DNA of 64,000 nt. It comes from an uncultured Gammaproteobacteria bacterium (GTDB lineage: Bacteria > Patescibacteriota > Patescibacteriia > UBA9934 > CAZDDW01). The DNA lies in the NCBI GenBank assembly GCA_965231015.1, contig OZ246408.1:921908-985907 (forward strand). The letters are read 5' to 3'. A program made the translations under genes and the position numbers. How positions within the stretch are numbered: position 1 is the stretch's first letter; each line of letters starts with the position of its first letter. Positions 48,553 to 60,500 of the stretch are shown piece after piece. Under the pieces are notes generated by a model that was not told the origin of the DNA, made no database searches, and saw only the letters and a program-made list of their open reading frames with translations.

Positions 48553-49050
48553 TTAATTATCATCTTCGTCTTCAATGTGTAGGCCTCGTAATACAACCAA
48601 AATTATCATGGACAAAACTGCAGCGATAATCGCTGGCCCATAGAGCCCCATTCCAATCACCATACCGATTGCCGCCACAATCCAGATTGACGCTGCCGTA
48701 GTCAAACCCTTCACGATTCCACGAGACTGAATAATTGTTCCAGCACCAATAAAACCAATACCGGCCAAAACATATGAAGCAACTCGAGAAATATCAACCG
48801 ATCCATCAGTAGCCATAGCCCCAAAAGAAATAGAGGCAATGGTGAATAAAGCTGTTCCCATTCCAACCAAGGCGTATGTCCTCACTCCGGCTGGCCGATG
48901 ACGATATTCCCTTTCTATTCCAATCATCCCGCACAACACCGCGGCCATGACGAGGCGGGCTAATATTTCTAAATCTCCGATGTGAAATAATTCTGGCATA
49001 TGGGTCTCTGTTATTGATTGGTGGCTCACCATCCGAAGCTTCATGATCAA
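48553..49050 (-). CDS. mgtC: MgtC/SapB family membrane protein
   Basis: GIEREYRHRPAGVRTYALV signature; 4-5 TM helices. Confidence 0.8.
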   Translation of the reverse strand: MIMKLRMVSHQSITETHMPELFHIGDLEILARLVMAAVLCGMIGIEREYRHRPAGVRTYALVGMGTALFTIASISFGAMATDGSVDISRVASYVLAGIGFIGAGTIIQSRGIVKGLTTAASIWIVAAIGMVIGMGLYGPAIIAAVLSMIILVVLRGLHIEDEDDN

Positions 49051-49131
49051 TATTCAGAGTCCCCCTTCGCTCCTTCGCTCCTTCGGAGGACATCCTCCGC
49101 TTTATAATAAATATCTTAATGAAGCGTAGGG

Positions 49132-49210
49132 TGGTGGGCGTGCCTGGATTCGAACCAGGGACCCCAGTCTTATCAGGACTGTGCTCTAACCAACTGAGCT
49201 ACACGCCCAC
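49132..49210 (-). tRNA. tRNA-Ile (anticodon GAT)
   Basis: GTGGGCGTGTAGCTCAGTTGGTTAGAGCACAGTCCTGATAAGACTGGGGTCCCTGGTTCGAATCCAGGCACGCCCACCA. Confidence 0.9.
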
Positions 49211-49352
49211 ATTTGATCATTGAAATTACTTCAACTGATTCTAATGGACAGGGCCTAGTATAGCTAAAAAATGTAATTTTGGCAAGTCCTGGTAAAGACT
49301 ATGTTTCTGGGATAAAATAGGGTATAATCAAGCTACAATTAACCCAATATTT

Positions 49353-50498
49353 ATGAAAAAAATAATCATTTTAATGGCCTTGGGTCTTCTTTTGACCCCA
49401 GTGACTGGTCTGCGCGCAGCTGCTGAGATAATCTATTCGGACACCTTGCTTACCACATATGGACAGATCCTTAATCCGGACAACTCACTTGGTGAACCAG
49501 ATGATGCATATGCTGATTATATGGCTCAAAATTCTTACCTCGAACTAAGCTTCGAACAAACAGACCTGACCTCTGATGTAATCCTTCACTACAATCTGCT
49601 TAATTATGGCGCCTCAGCAACAGTGACTTTTTATGACTCCGAGGGATATATTGTTTATGATCATGGTGATACCTTGCCGCTGGGAGACAGTCTAACCATT
49701 GAATATTTTGGTGAAGAGCCTTATGAGTATATCCGTGTTAATTCCAACAATGATGTGACCTGGCGACTTGATGCGGTTAGTACTTCTGTGACAATGGGAG
49801 AGGAAGAATCTGAAGAGGAAGAATCTGAAGAGGAAGAATCTGAAGAGGAAGAAGAGGGCGAAGGAGAAGAGTCCGAAGATAGTATTATCGAGCAAGGAGA
49901 CTTGATTAAACTACCTGATGATGGAGACAAAAACACTACATACGATTCAGCTGTTTACACCATCGGAGCCGATGGTAAACGCCATGCCTTCCCTAACGAA
50001 ACCGTCTTTTATTCCTGGTATAAAAGCTTTGAAGATGTTCAAGAAGTAGAACAATCAGTTATGGACGAGTACTCACTTGGTGCTAACGTTACCATGCGAC
50101 CAGGAACATACCTTGTTAAAATTCAAACAGCTAATTCAGTTTATGCAGTTGAACACAATGGCATCCTGCGCGAGATTGATTCAGAAACCATCGCTGAAGA
50201 TCTGTATGGTGAAGAATGGGCCGGGTTTGTTCGTGATGTGGCAGATGTTTTCTGGGCAAACTATGAAATCGGGGATGATCTGGCAAGTGCTGTGCATCCG
50301 GACGGAACATTATTGGTAGCCCCAAGCGGAGAAATAGTGTATCTCAATAATGGAGTTTACTACGGACTCCCAGGGGACACATATAATCAGATGCGCTTTC
50401 AATCAACTTACCAGGTCCCAGCAAGTGAAGACATTTTTGAAATGTATGTAGACGGAGGTGATTTAACACCTCTGAACTACATGCTGTTCCCGTACTAG
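49353..50498 (+). CDS. secreted protein with acidic ESEEE tandem repeats
   Basis: signal peptide MKKIIILMALGLLLTPVTGLRAAAE; three tandem gaggaagaatctgaa units at about 49797..49846. Confidence 0.6.
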   Translation: MKKIIILMALGLLLTPVTGLRAAAEIIYSDTLLTTYGQILNPDNSLGEPDDAYADYMAQNSYLELSFEQTDLTSDVILHYNLLNYGASATVTFYDSEGYIVYDHGDTLPLGDSLTIEYFGEEPYEYIRVNSNNDVTWRLDAVSTSVTMGEEESEEEESEEEESEEEEEGEGEESEDSIIEQGDLIKLPDDGDKNTTYDSAVYTIGADGKRHAFPNETVFYSWYKSFEDVQEVEQSVMDEYSLGANVTMRPGTYLVKIQTANSVYAVEHNGILREIDSETIAEDLYGEEWAGFVRDVADVFWANYEIGDDLASAVHPDGTLLVAPSGEIVYLNNGVYYGLPGDTYNQMRFQSTYQVPASEDIFEMYVDGGDLTPLNYMLFPY

Positions 50499-50520
50499 GA
50501 TCGACTGAATCAAACAACCA

Positions 50521-50550
50521 CAAAACCGGCGCCTAAACGCCGGTTTTGTC
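50521..50550. terminator. bidirectional terminator
   Basis: caaaaccggcgcctaaacgccggttttg. Confidence 0.6.
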
Positions 50551-50551
50551 T

Positions 50552-50626
50552 TGGAGCGGGTGACGGGAATCGAACCCGTATCATCTGCTTGGAAGGCAGA
50601 GATAATAGCCTTTATACGACACCCGC
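50552..50626 (-). tRNA. tRNA-Gly (anticodon TCC)
   Basis: GCGGGTGTCGTATAAAGGCTATTATCTCTGCCTTCCAAGCAGATGATACGGGTTCGATTCCCGTCACCCGCTCCA. Confidence 0.9.
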
Positions 50627-50736
50627 ATTGAAAATTTACAATGATCAGGGCTCAATTTTCATTGAAGTTTCAATTAACTAATTGTTAAATTGATTATTAA
50701 ATGAAAAATTGAAAATTTGTAAATTGATCATTTTCA

Positions 50737-50812
50737 TGGTCGGGCTGGCGGGTCTCGAACCCACGACCTCATGGTCCCAAACCATGCGCTCTACCTACTG
50801 AGCTACAGCCCG
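50737..50812 (-). tRNA. tRNA-Pro (anticodon TGG)
   Basis: CGGGCTGTAGCTCAGTAGGTAGAGCGCATGGTTTGGGACCATGAGGTCGTGGGTTCGAGACCCGCCAGCCCGACCA. Confidence 0.9.
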
Positions 50813-50886
50813 AAAAAAAATCACGTCCTTAACGGAGTGACCAAATTCTAGCAAATATCCCTAATCTTGTCAACGAAAATACTAAG

Positions 50887-51354
50887 CTAGCGGGCAACCT
50901 CAATTTCGTCTGTTCGTTCCGGATAACAGGCTCCTACCGCCAATATTCCATTAGTGTTACGGCGGATATAATACCCGGTTTTTTCCGGGGTTCCATAGAG
51001 ATAATCGTATGGAATCTTACCCAAATAACCCTCTTCCCATAAACGTGACATATCAACACAGGATTCCTGGGTTAACACATCACCACAAAACTCACCCCCT
51101 GAAAGACACGTGCCAATCTGATAATTATGTCCGGGATAAAGAGTATACAAGGCAGTGGTAGAATATCCAGCGTGATCTACCTCATCAATCCGAATGGCGT
51201 GGATAATTGACTCTACATCTGACGACCGTTGTGCGTCACGGGCCTCTGCAAACCGTCGTGGTGGATCAAGTAAAACCAAAATAATCGTTAGGATGATTGC
51301 AATTATTCCTAACACGATTAATAACTCCACCAGTGTAAAGCCTTTTTTATTCAT
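50887..51354 (-). CDS. type IV prepilin
   Basis: class III signal MNKKGFTLVELLIVLGIIAIIL (G|F cleavage, Glu+5). Confidence 0.8.
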   Translation of the reverse strand: MNKKGFTLVELLIVLGIIAIILTIILVLLDPPRRFAEARDAQRSSDVESIIHAIRIDEVDHAGYSTTALYTLYPGHNYQIGTCLSGGEFCGDVLTQESCVDMSRLWEEGYLGKIPYDYLYGTPEKTGYYIRRNTNGILAVGACYPERTDEIEVAR

Positions 51355-51415
51355 AACCTATATCAAATTATAGCATATTTGAGTCGTTTTCCTTACCAAC
51401 AGTCGTCCACAAGGC

Positions 51416-52330
51416 CTACATGACCTCTTGATAATATTTTGCTGCGTCTTCCGGGCTGACAGCGTTGATAATTAATCCTGAACCAATCTCGACCCCGGCC
51501 CAAACACTGCCTCGAGGAATAATTTTCATATATAAGTGTTGATCCGATTCAGAAACCACTTGGTGAAAATAAAAATTGTACGGTAGTTTAAGTTTATTGA
51601 TTTGTTTGAGAACTTTTTTCAGCACCTTAGCCCACGAATTTTGTTCATCAGGATTCAATTCAGCCACATTATCTAAATGACGTTTCGGCAAAATCCAAAC
51701 CTCATAATTGTGCATAGATGCATACGGGGTAAAACAAATCACATTATCATCTTCAAAGACAAAGCGCGGACTTTTTCTTTCTTTTTTAATAACATCACAA
51801 TATAAGCACCGACCCTTTTCCTTTTGATACTTCTTTACCCGCTCAGCCTTATCTTTTAAGTGTGGTGGCAAAAATTTTGTGGCAAAAATTTGTGAGTGGG
51901 CATGTTGAATTGAAGCCCCGGCCGGCCCACCACTATTTTTAAAAATCAAAATGTAATCTATCTTTCGATCTTTTTGCAATTCCAGAGTTCTTCGAGCATA
52001 AACTTCAAAAAGATTCCGGATCTGCTTGATTGATAATTGTTCTAAATGATTTTCATGATCAGGGGTCTCGATCACCACCTCTTGATATCCATAAGCCTTG
52101 GGATTTTTGGGACTGATTGCTGGGTATTTATTTTTCAATACCGCAATACTCCAGTCGTTCTTTTCCCCCTGCCAGTCAACCAAACGTTCCTTTAGGTTAG
52201 ACGGGCAAAAATGACAAGCTTTGGTTTTCTTGAGACTTGTTTTTGGCTTTTGGTGCGGTCGCTTGCCACGCTTGGGAGCAATCAACACATACTTTTCTTG
52301 AATATAATCTTTGCGTATTTCAGGCTTCAT
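51416..52330 (-). CDS. GalT-family nucleotidyltransferase (galactose-1-phosphate uridylyltransferase-like, HIT superfamily branch)
   Basis: zinc site CHFCPSN and HxHxQ active site QHAHSQ. Confidence 0.65.
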   Translation of the reverse strand: MKPEIRKDYIQEKYVLIAPKRGKRPHQKPKTSLKKTKACHFCPSNLKERLVDWQGEKNDWSIAVLKNKYPAISPKNPKAYGYQEVVIETPDHENHLEQLSIKQIRNLFEVYARRTLELQKDRKIDYILIFKNSGGPAGASIQHAHSQIFATKFLPPHLKDKAERVKKYQKEKGRCLYCDVIKKERKSPRFVFEDDNVICFTPYASMHNYEVWILPKRHLDNVAELNPDEQNSWAKVLKKVLKQINKLKLPYNFYFHQVVSESDQHLYMKIIPRGSVWAGVEIGSGLIINAVSPEDAAKYYQEVM

Positions 52331-52818
52331 AAATCAAGATTAATTGTTGAACCAGCAATAGCTACAGCTAAAGCATCAGCGGCGTCATCAGGTTTGGGTA
52401 CCGATGATAAGCTTAAAAGACGTTTAACCATTTGCTGCATCTGAGTTTTATCTGCGTTGCCATCCCCAGTAACAGCAAGTTTAATTTGATTTGGTTTTAA
52501 TTCGATTAGTGGAAGACCTGCCCTAGCCACTGCCGCAAGTACCACCCCGCGAGCCTCGGCCACCTTCATAGCCGTGGTTGAGCTCTTGCCAAAAAACAAT
52601 TCTTCCACTACCACCACCTCCGGGTTAGTTCGAGTTAAGAGTTCCATAATATCCTGTTCAATTTCAAGCAACCGATCTTGATGAGCCGTTTCGGTTTCGG
52701 TTGTGATACAACCCGTATCTATCATCTCATAATCCGACCCATCGAACATCACCACACCAAAACCACACCGGCCGAAACCAGGATCAATTCCAAAAATAAC
52801 TTTTCTTTCCTTAGGCAT
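52327..52818 (-). CDS. ruvC: Holliday junction resolvase RuvC
   Basis: IFGIDPGFGRCGFGVV N-terminus, RNase H-like fold length. Confidence 0.9.
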   Translation of the reverse strand: MPKERKVIFGIDPGFGRCGFGVVMFDGSDYEMIDTGCITTETETAHQDRLLEIEQDIMELLTRTNPEVVVVEELFFGKSSTTAMKVAEARGVVLAAVARAGLPLIELKPNQIKLAVTGDGNADKTQMQQMVKRLLSLSSVPKPDDAADALAVAIAGSTINLDL

Positions 52819-52870
52819 ACCATCAATATATCACAAAAGCAGGCTCGGCGCCTGCTTTTGTCTAATTCAA

Positions 52871-53593
52871 CTATTTTTCGTTGGTTATCACATCAGACAC
52901 ATCATCGTTATCATCCAATGCCTCGTAAAGAGTTTGCAATTTCTTTTGTGATTCTTCATCAATCTCTTGTGGGTCTTTTGGAACGTAGGTTAAGTCTGCT
53001 GAATCAGTTTCAATACCAAGTACGTTAATCGCTTCCGTAACTTTTTGTAGATCCGTTGGTGCAGTGATGATCTCAAGTCCACCTTCATCATCTTGAATAT
53101 CTTCAGCGCCTGAATCAATCACAGTTAATTCGAATTCATCCCGATCTTTCACCTTGGATGCATCCTCAAGACTGATCACACCCTTACGGTCGAACATCCA
53201 CATTACTGACCCTTGTCCAGCCATGGAAGAACCATACTTACCAAGAATATGTTTTACTTCTGCCACGGTCCGATTAGTATTGTCGGTCAGTCCGATGATC
53301 AGCATACCAATTCCTCCTGGCCCATAGGCTTCATAAACAACTTCTTCGAGCTGACCTTCTCCACCCTCTCCGGTTCCCCGAGCGATCGCTCGCTCGATTT
53401 TGTCTTTCGGCAGATTCCCGGCTTTGGCCTTATCAATCGCCATGCGCAACTGGAAATTCATGGATGGATCTCCTCCACCATCGCGTGCGGCCACAGTCAC
53501 AGCTTTGGCAAGTTTTGTGAACACTTTAGCTCGAGCTGCATCCGTGGCTCCCTTTTTCTGTCTAACTTTGTGCCATTTACTGTGTCCAGACAT
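52871..53593 (-). CDS. yebC: YebC/PmpR family transcriptional regulator
   Basis: MSGHSKWHKVRQKKGATDAARAKVFTKLAK canonical start. Confidence 0.9.
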   Translation of the reverse strand: MSGHSKWHKVRQKKGATDAARAKVFTKLAKAVTVAARDGGGDPSMNFQLRMAIDKAKAGNLPKDKIERAIARGTGEGGEGQLEEVVYEAYGPGGIGMLIIGLTDNTNRTVAEVKHILGKYGSSMAGQGSVMWMFDRKGVISLEDASKVKDRDEFELTVIDSGAEDIQDDEGGLEIITAPTDLQKVTEAINVLGIETDSADLTYVPKDPQEIDEESQKKLQTLYEALDDNDDVSDVITNEK

Positions 53594-53595
53594 AA

Positions 53596-56500
53596 CTAAA
53601 CTGTTTCAGCTTCCTCCCCCTCCTCTTCTAACTCTTCCTCGATTTCCTCTTCCAATTCAAGCAAGTTATCCGGATACCCGGTTCCCACTGGAATCAAGCG
53701 CCCAATAATCACGTTCTCTTTCAATCCCTGCAGTTTATCAATTCGTCCAGTCACGGCCGCATTAACCAATACTCGGGTTGTTTCTTGGAAGGAGGCCGCA
53801 GAAAGCCAAGAATCGGTCGAGAGTGAAACCTTGGTTATACCAAGGAACAACTGATCAGCCTCTGCCAACTTACCACCTTCCGCAGCCACGCGGTCGTTTT
53901 CATTAAGCCAAGTATTCTTTTCCACTATCTCACCCGGCAACAATTCTGTGTCTCCGGCATCAGTAACCATAACTCGACTAAACATTTGACGAATAATAAT
54001 CTCAATGTGTTTATTGTTGAGCTTCTGTCCCTGTGAGGTGTAGATAAACTGAATTTCTTTTGAGAGATAACGTTGAACAGCGTCTTGCCCTTTATGCTTG
54101 AACAAAAGTTGCAAATCCAAGTGACCTTCAGTAATAGGGTCACCGGCCACAACTTCGTCACCGTCCTTAACGTAGAGTGAGTAACCTGGCGGGATAATGT
54201 ATTCACGAACCTTTGAAGCCTCATAAACTACCGTAATGGTATTCTTTTCTACCTTGGCAGTTCCCTTTACTTCAGAAAGTACTTTTTCGCCATCTTTTTG
54301 CTCCCCAAGCACGTCACCTGGTTGCACATCTGTTCCGTCTTCAATCATGACCTTACCACCCCGCTTTACAGCATAGGAAACTTCTTCCATACCAGTGTAG
54401 TGAATTTTAACTACGCTCTGGCCCGGTCGAGTATCCACGATCTGTTTACCGGTTCCGGCCTGAACAATTTCTCGTTCTACCTTCTCAATCTCAACTTTTC
54501 CGGACACTTCAGCCATGACCGCCTTTTGTTTTGGTTGACGAGCTTCAAAAAGCTCTTCAACACGAGGCAGACCCTGGGTAATATCTTTACCACCGGCCAC
54601 ACCACCAGTGTGGAAGGTACGCATGGTCAACTGCGTTCCAGGCTCACCAATGGATTGAGCGGCCATAATTCCCACTGCAGTTCCCGGCTTGACCATTTTG
54701 TTATAGGCCAAGTCGTATCCATAACACTTCTGACACACTCCGTTGCGTAGCTTGCAGGTCATTACCGAACGCACATGCGCTTCTTGGAGTTCTTCTTTAG
54801 CGGACTCTAGTTCCCGAATGTGATCCTCTACCACTAACTCTCCGGCTTTGACAATGACCTTGCGACCACCCGGCTTCTTGATATCTGAGAGTGCCACCCG
54901 ACCGAGAATTCTCACTAAGAGTGGCTCACCAATTTCATCTGACTCTTCTTTGGTTAAAAGCACTCCATCGGCATCTCCACAATCTTCAGCACGCACTACC
55001 ACATCTTGTGACACATCCACCAGACGTCGAGTCAAATATCCGGCTGAAGCTGTTCGAAGAGCCGTATCGGTCAACCCTTTTCGCACTCCGTGACTTGAAA
55101 TAAAGAATTCCAACACGTCTAACCCTTCCTTAAACGACCGCTTTACAGGCAACTCAATAATTCCTCCTGACGGAGAAGCCTTAAGTCCAATCATGCCCAC
55201 CGCCTGGGTAAACTGCCCCTTGGAACCTCGAGCTCCAGATTCAATCATACTGAATACTGGACCGTCTTTTTCAAGCTGATCCCAAGCTAAATCTGCAACT
55301 TTATCCTTGATTTCATTCCAAATTTTGACAATGGAATTGTGGCGTTCAGATTGGGTTAAGAGTCCCTGAGAGAAATATTCTTCTACCTCTTGAATCTTTT
55401 TCTCCCCTTCCTCGATCAAGGCATCTTTACCCTGCACGTCCGGAAGGTTGGCTGCACCATAAGAGTATCCAGACAGGGTGGCATGTTTAAACCCAAGATC
55501 TTTTAGATCATCAAGTACTTTAGCAGTTGCTTCTGAACCATTAATTTCAATGGCATCCTTAACAATTGTCGCCAACTGTTTTTTACCAATAGCCTGATTC
55601 ATGAACGGAATATCTGACGGAAACTTTTCATTAACAAGCAGTCGCCCGGTAGTCGTAACAATCACTTCACCATTGTTCAAACGAACTCGAATCCAGTCAC
55701 GCAAACCAATCTGCTTAATGCTATAGGCATACTTTGCTTCAGTCAAATCAGCAAAATTTAAGAGATTCTTTTCGTCAGGTTCATCAAAGGTGGTTGTCAT
55801 GTAATAGGTAGCCCAGGCAATATCCATTCCCGGAGAAGCCACTGGAGCCCCGTGAGCAGGTTTCAATAAGTTCTTGGTGGCAAGCATCAGATTTTCCGCC
55901 TCCCAGACTGCTTCTTCAGTAAGCGGTACGTGAACTGCCATTTGGTCTCCATCGAAGTCAGCGTTATAAGCGCTACACACCAACGGATGCAACTGTATAG
56001 CCTTACCCTCAATAAGGGTTGGTCGGAAAGCCTGAATACCCAGTCGGTGTAGTGTTGGAGCACGGTTCAATAGCACGAAAGCGGTCTGAATAACCTCTTC
56101 CAAAATATCCCAAGTTTCCGGTCGGTCTGAATCAATGAAACGGTTGGCACTGCGAATATTGTGCACGTACTCACGTTCAATGAGTTTACTGATGATAAAT
56201 GGCTTGAAAAGCTCCAGAGCCATTTTCTTTGGAATACCACACTGTTCTATCTTAAGGTGCGGTCCCACTACAATCACTGAACGACCAGAGTAATCGATTC
56301 GTTTTCCAAGCAGGTTCTGTCGGAAACGTCCCTGCTTTCCTTTTAAGATATCGGCTAACGACTTCAACTGACGCTTCTTACCGGTCGCCGCAATCACGGT
56401 CTTTGAGTGCCGAGCACTGTTATCAATTAAAGCGTCTACCGCTTCTTGCAACATCCGTTTTTCATTTCGACTGATCACTTCCGGTGCGTTCAAATCCTTT

Positions 56501-57546
56501 AAGCGTTTCAAACGATTGTTGCGGTTGATTACGCGTCGATACAAATCATTCAAGTCTGAAGTTGCAAAACGCCCACCATCAAGCGGAACCATTGGCCGCA
56601 AATCAGGCGGAATGATAGGAACAGCCTTTAAGATCATCCAATGTGGTTCAATCCCGTTTAAGTGAAGTGATTTCATGAGTTTCAACCGACGGACCAATTT
56701 ATCCTTTTTAGCACCGCTGGCTTTTTCTAGCTCCTCTTCCATGAGTTTCATGGTGTCGGCCAAATTGATTCGAGAAAGCAGAGTGTTGATAGCTTCAGCT
56801 CCGATTTCAGCCTCAAAAATGTGACCATATTTGAGTGACCAATCCTGATAGGTGGTCTCGGAAATGATCTGCATCACTTTCATCTCTTTAAGCTCTTTGT
56901 CCACGATCATGAAATCTTCGTCCAATTCCTCCATTTTTTCATCTTTCAAAGTTTCCAAACGATCCGTTTCTTCTTTCAACTTTTTATTATCTTCGGCAAA
57001 CTTGCTGGCCGCCCGATCAATGTCACGTTTGTATTCACCTTCAATAATTTTCTTCTTTTGCTTGTACTCCTGTTTGACCTGTTCGCGGGTAACTTCGAGT
57101 GCCTCTTCGTCAATATCTGTAATAATGAAGTTGGCAAAGTAAATAATCTTTTCCAGTGACTGGACTGACATGTCTAGAATAGTACCAATCTTTGATGGCA
57201 CCCCTCGCAAAAACCAGATATGACTAGCCGGTGCACAAAGATCAATGTGCCCCATACGCTCACGTCGCACAATCGAGTGGGTCACTTCAACACCACACTT
57301 ATCACACACTATTCCCTTGTAGCGAATCTTTTTATACTTTCCGCAATAACACTCCCAATCTTTACTTGGACCGAAAATTTCTTCTGCAAAGAGTCCGGCC
57401 TTTTCTGGCTTTTGAGTTCGGTAGTTAATGGTTTCCGGTTTAGTGATTTCACCGTGCGACCAATCACGAATAGTATCCGGTGAGGCCAAGCGAAGACGAA
57501 TCGAGTCAAAGTCAGTGGTTTTTAAGGTTTCTTGTTTCTGTAACAT
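53596..57546 (-). CDS. rpoC: DNA-directed RNA polymerase subunit beta'
   Basis: zinc finger CYCGKYKKIRYKGIVCDKCGV, NADFDGD catalytic loop. Confidence 0.97.
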   Translation of the reverse strand: MLQKQETLKTTDFDSIRLRLASPDTIRDWSHGEITKPETINYRTQKPEKAGLFAEEIFGPSKDWECYCGKYKKIRYKGIVCDKCGVEVTHSIVRRERMGHIDLCAPASHIWFLRGVPSKIGTILDMSVQSLEKIIYFANFIITDIDEEALEVTREQVKQEYKQKKKIIEGEYKRDIDRAASKFAEDNKKLKEETDRLETLKDEKMEELDEDFMIVDKELKEMKVMQIISETTYQDWSLKYGHIFEAEIGAEAINTLLSRINLADTMKLMEEELEKASGAKKDKLVRRLKLMKSLHLNGIEPHWMILKAVPIIPPDLRPMVPLDGGRFATSDLNDLYRRVINRNNRLKRLKDLNAPEVISRNEKRMLQEAVDALIDNSARHSKTVIAATGKKRQLKSLADILKGKQGRFRQNLLGKRIDYSGRSVIVVGPHLKIEQCGIPKKMALELFKPFIISKLIEREYVHNIRSANRFIDSDRPETWDILEEVIQTAFVLLNRAPTLHRLGIQAFRPTLIEGKAIQLHPLVCSAYNADFDGDQMAVHVPLTEEAVWEAENLMLATKNLLKPAHGAPVASPGMDIAWATYYMTTTFDEPDEKNLLNFADLTEAKYAYSIKQIGLRDWIRVRLNNGEVIVTTTGRLLVNEKFPSDIPFMNQAIGKKQLATIVKDAIEINGSEATAKVLDDLKDLGFKHATLSGYSYGAANLPDVQGKDALIEEGEKKIQEVEEYFSQGLLTQSERHNSIVKIWNEIKDKVADLAWDQLEKDGPVFSMIESGARGSKGQFTQAVGMIGLKASPSGGIIELPVKRSFKEGLDVLEFFISSHGVRKGLTDTALRTASAGYLTRRLVDVSQDVVVRAEDCGDADGVLLTKEESDEIGEPLLVRILGRVALSDIKKPGGRKVIVKAGELVVEDHIRELESAKEELQEAHVRSVMTCKLRNGVCQKCYGYDLAYNKMVKPGTAVGIMAAQSIGEPGTQLTMRTFHTGGVAGGKDITQGLPRVEELFEARQPKQKAVMAEVSGKVEIEKVEREIVQAGTGKQIVDTRPGQSVVKIHYTGMEEVSYAVKRGGKVMIEDGTDVQPGDVLGEQKDGEKVLSEVKGTAKVEKNTITVVYEASKVREYIIPPGYSLYVKDGDEVVAGDPITEGHLDLQLLFKHKGQDAVQRYLSKEIQFIYTSQGQKLNNKHIEIIIRQMFSRVMVTDAGDTELLPGEIVEKNTWLNENDRVAAEGGKLAEADQLFLGITKVSLSTDSWLSAASFQETTRVLVNAAVTGRIDKLQGLKENVIIGRLIPVGTGYPDNLLELEEEIEEELEEEGEEAETV

Positions 57547-57568
57547 ATATTTATTCTCTTAATTACCT

Positions 57569-60500
57569 TTACTGTTTTTTAACAGGATCTTTCTTTTTGT
57601 CTTCGCCAAGCTCGACCTTGCTCCCTTCTTTGAGCAACTCAACGTCTAAACAGAGTCCTTTCATTTCACGTATCAGAACGTTAAAGGATTCTGGAATGTT
57701 TACCTTCCTAATCGGTTCGCCCTTAATAATCGATTCATAGGCCTTAGAGCGACCGGGTACATCATCGGATTTAATGGTCAGGATCTCCTGCAGAGTGTGA
57801 GATGCCCCATATGCTTCAAGGGCCCACACCTCCATTTCTCCAAATCTTTGTCCACCAAATTGTGCTTTACCACCAAGTGGTTGTTGGGTGATAAGTGAAT
57901 ATGGACCAATTGATCGTTGGTGCATTTTGTCTTCCACCATGTGAGAAAGTTTTAACACATACATGTAACCAACGGTTGATGGATTCTCAAACGGCTCTCC
58001 GGTACGTCCGTCATACAGATTAACTTGAGCACTTTCTGACAAATCCGCCTTTTTCAATTCTTCCTTGATAGCTTCTTCTGTGACACCATTTAACACCGGG
58101 GTCTTTACTCGGTAACCAAGCGCGTTAGCCGCTAGCCCCAAGTGAACCTCGAGGATCTGCCCCAGGTTCATACGCGAAACCACACCAAGCGGAGTTAAAA
58201 TTACATCCACCGGAGTTCCATCTTCAAGGAAAGGCATATCTTGAGCCGGCACGATTCGTGAAACCACACCCTTATTACCGTGCCGTCCGGCCACCTTGTC
58301 TCCCACCTGCATCTTTCTAAGGTCTGCCACTGACACCCGAATGGATTTGATAACACCAGGCGGCAACTTGTCTCCCGCTTCACGAGAGAAGACCATTACA
58401 TCTACCACTTTTCCATGTTCACCGTGCTCCAAATAAAGCGAGCTGTCACGCACGTCGCGGGCTTTTTCTCCAAAGATAGCCCGCAACAATTTTTCTTCAG
58501 CCGAAAGCTCAGTTTCACCCTTTGGCGTAATCTTTCCGACGAGAATATCACCAGATTTTACTTCAGCTCCAATGCGAATCACACCTTCAGCGTCTAGGTT
58601 CTTAAGTTTTTCTTCAGACACGTTTGGAATGTCTGAGGTCACCACTTCAGGTCCAAGCTTGGTATCACGCACATCAATCGTGTAGTGCTCAATATGAACC
58701 GAGGTGTAGCGGTCCTGTTGGACAACTCGATCCGAAATAATAACCGCGTCCTCATAGTTATAACCATCCCAAGCCATAAAGGCGACCAACATATTCTGAC
58801 CAAGAGCTAATTCCCCGTCAGCAACAGCAGCACCATCAGCAATCAAATCTCCCATTTTCACTTTTTGACCAAGCTCCACTGTTGGACGTTGGTTGATTCC
58901 AGTTGAAGCGTTAGAACGAGTAAACTTTTTTAATTCGTACGGATGAACAACTCCCTTACTATCTGTAATCTCGATCAAGTTACCCTGCAATTTGGTGACT
59001 GTTCCAGCTTGTTCAGCAATCACTACGTGACCTGAGTCATAGGCGGCCCGAGCCTCCACACCGGTTCCAATAATCGGTGGGTCAGGCTTGATACAAGGCA
59101 CAGACTGTCGTTGCATGTTGGTTCCCATGAGCGCTCGAGTGGCGTCATCGTGTTCCAAAAATGGAATAAGCGAAGTACCGATCGAAACAATTTGTCGGGA
59201 AGACACATCCATGTACTGCACCTCCTTTGATGGAAGCACCTGCGCTTCTTGATTTTTTCGAGCACCAACAAATTCATCAACCAAATAACCATTTTCATCT
59301 ACTTTTACAGTTGCGGGAACCACTACCGATTTCTCTTCTTTAAAGGCATTCAAATACTCAATATCATCTGTCACCTTCATCTTTCCATTTTCTTCAACTA
59401 CCTTTCTATATGGAGTCTCAATAAACCCGTACTCATTAATCACAGCGTAGGAAGCAAGGTGCCCCACCAAACCAATGTTTGGTCCTTCAGGAGTTGCGAT
59501 CGGACAAATACGACCGTAGTGAGTTGAGTGAACGTCACGCACTTCAAATCCGGCTCGTTCTCGACTAAGTCCACCCGGACCCATAGCTGACAAACGTCTC
59601 TTATGTTCAAGTTCAGCCAGCGGATTAGTCTGATCCATGAACTGTGACAACTGTGAGCTCATAAAAAACTCACGAACTGATCCAATCACCGGACGAGCAT
59701 TGATTAGTCTTCCCGGAGAAAGAGTATCAATGTCTTGTGTAGACATTCGGTCCTTAATAATTCTCTCCATTCGTGCTAGTCCCACACGGAAGCGTCCCTG
59801 AATCAACTCTCCAACCGCTCGTACGCGTCGGTTCCCCAGGTGATCCACGTCATCCGGTTCTTCCTGAGCAATGTTCAAACGGATAATCTCGCGGATGATT
59901 CGAATCAAGTCTTCCTTGGAAAGAATTCGTTTTTCTTCTGGTCCAACTGCATCCTCTGAAATATCCAATCCAAAACGAAGATTAAACTTATATCGACCTA
60001 CCTTATGTAAATCATAACGGTCAAAGTTGAAAAACATTGAATGAATCAACTGACGAGCATTATCAACAGTAGCCAAATCGCCTGGACGGATTCGCTTATA
60101 TACTTCCTTTAATCCTTCGTCCTCATTCTTGGCGGCATCTTTTAAGAGTGTTGCCTCAATGTATTTATTGGTTGGGTGTACATCAACATCCTCGAACAAC
60201 TTCATAATCTCTTCATCTTCGCTCACTCCAAAAGCACGCAAAAGTGAGGTTACTGCCACCTTTCTCTTCCGATCGATCTTAACCCAGATTACATTTTTAG
60301 GATCTGTTTCAAACTCGAGCCAGGCTCCACGGGTTGGGATAATTTTTGCACCATAGTATCGACGTCCGCGATGCACATCAGCGGTGAAGAAAGCCCCGGC
60401 AGAACGAACAAGCTGAGAAACAATTACTCGTTCAATTCCATTGATCACGAATGTTCCACGCGGTGTCATGATCGGCAAATCACCGAGATAAATTTCTTGC

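Noticed and set aside
53925-60356. Numerous 60-150-aa ORFs on both strands inside rpoC and rpoB
   Set aside because: All lie within the long, unambiguous rpoB/rpoC reading frames; spurious alternative-frame ORFs.
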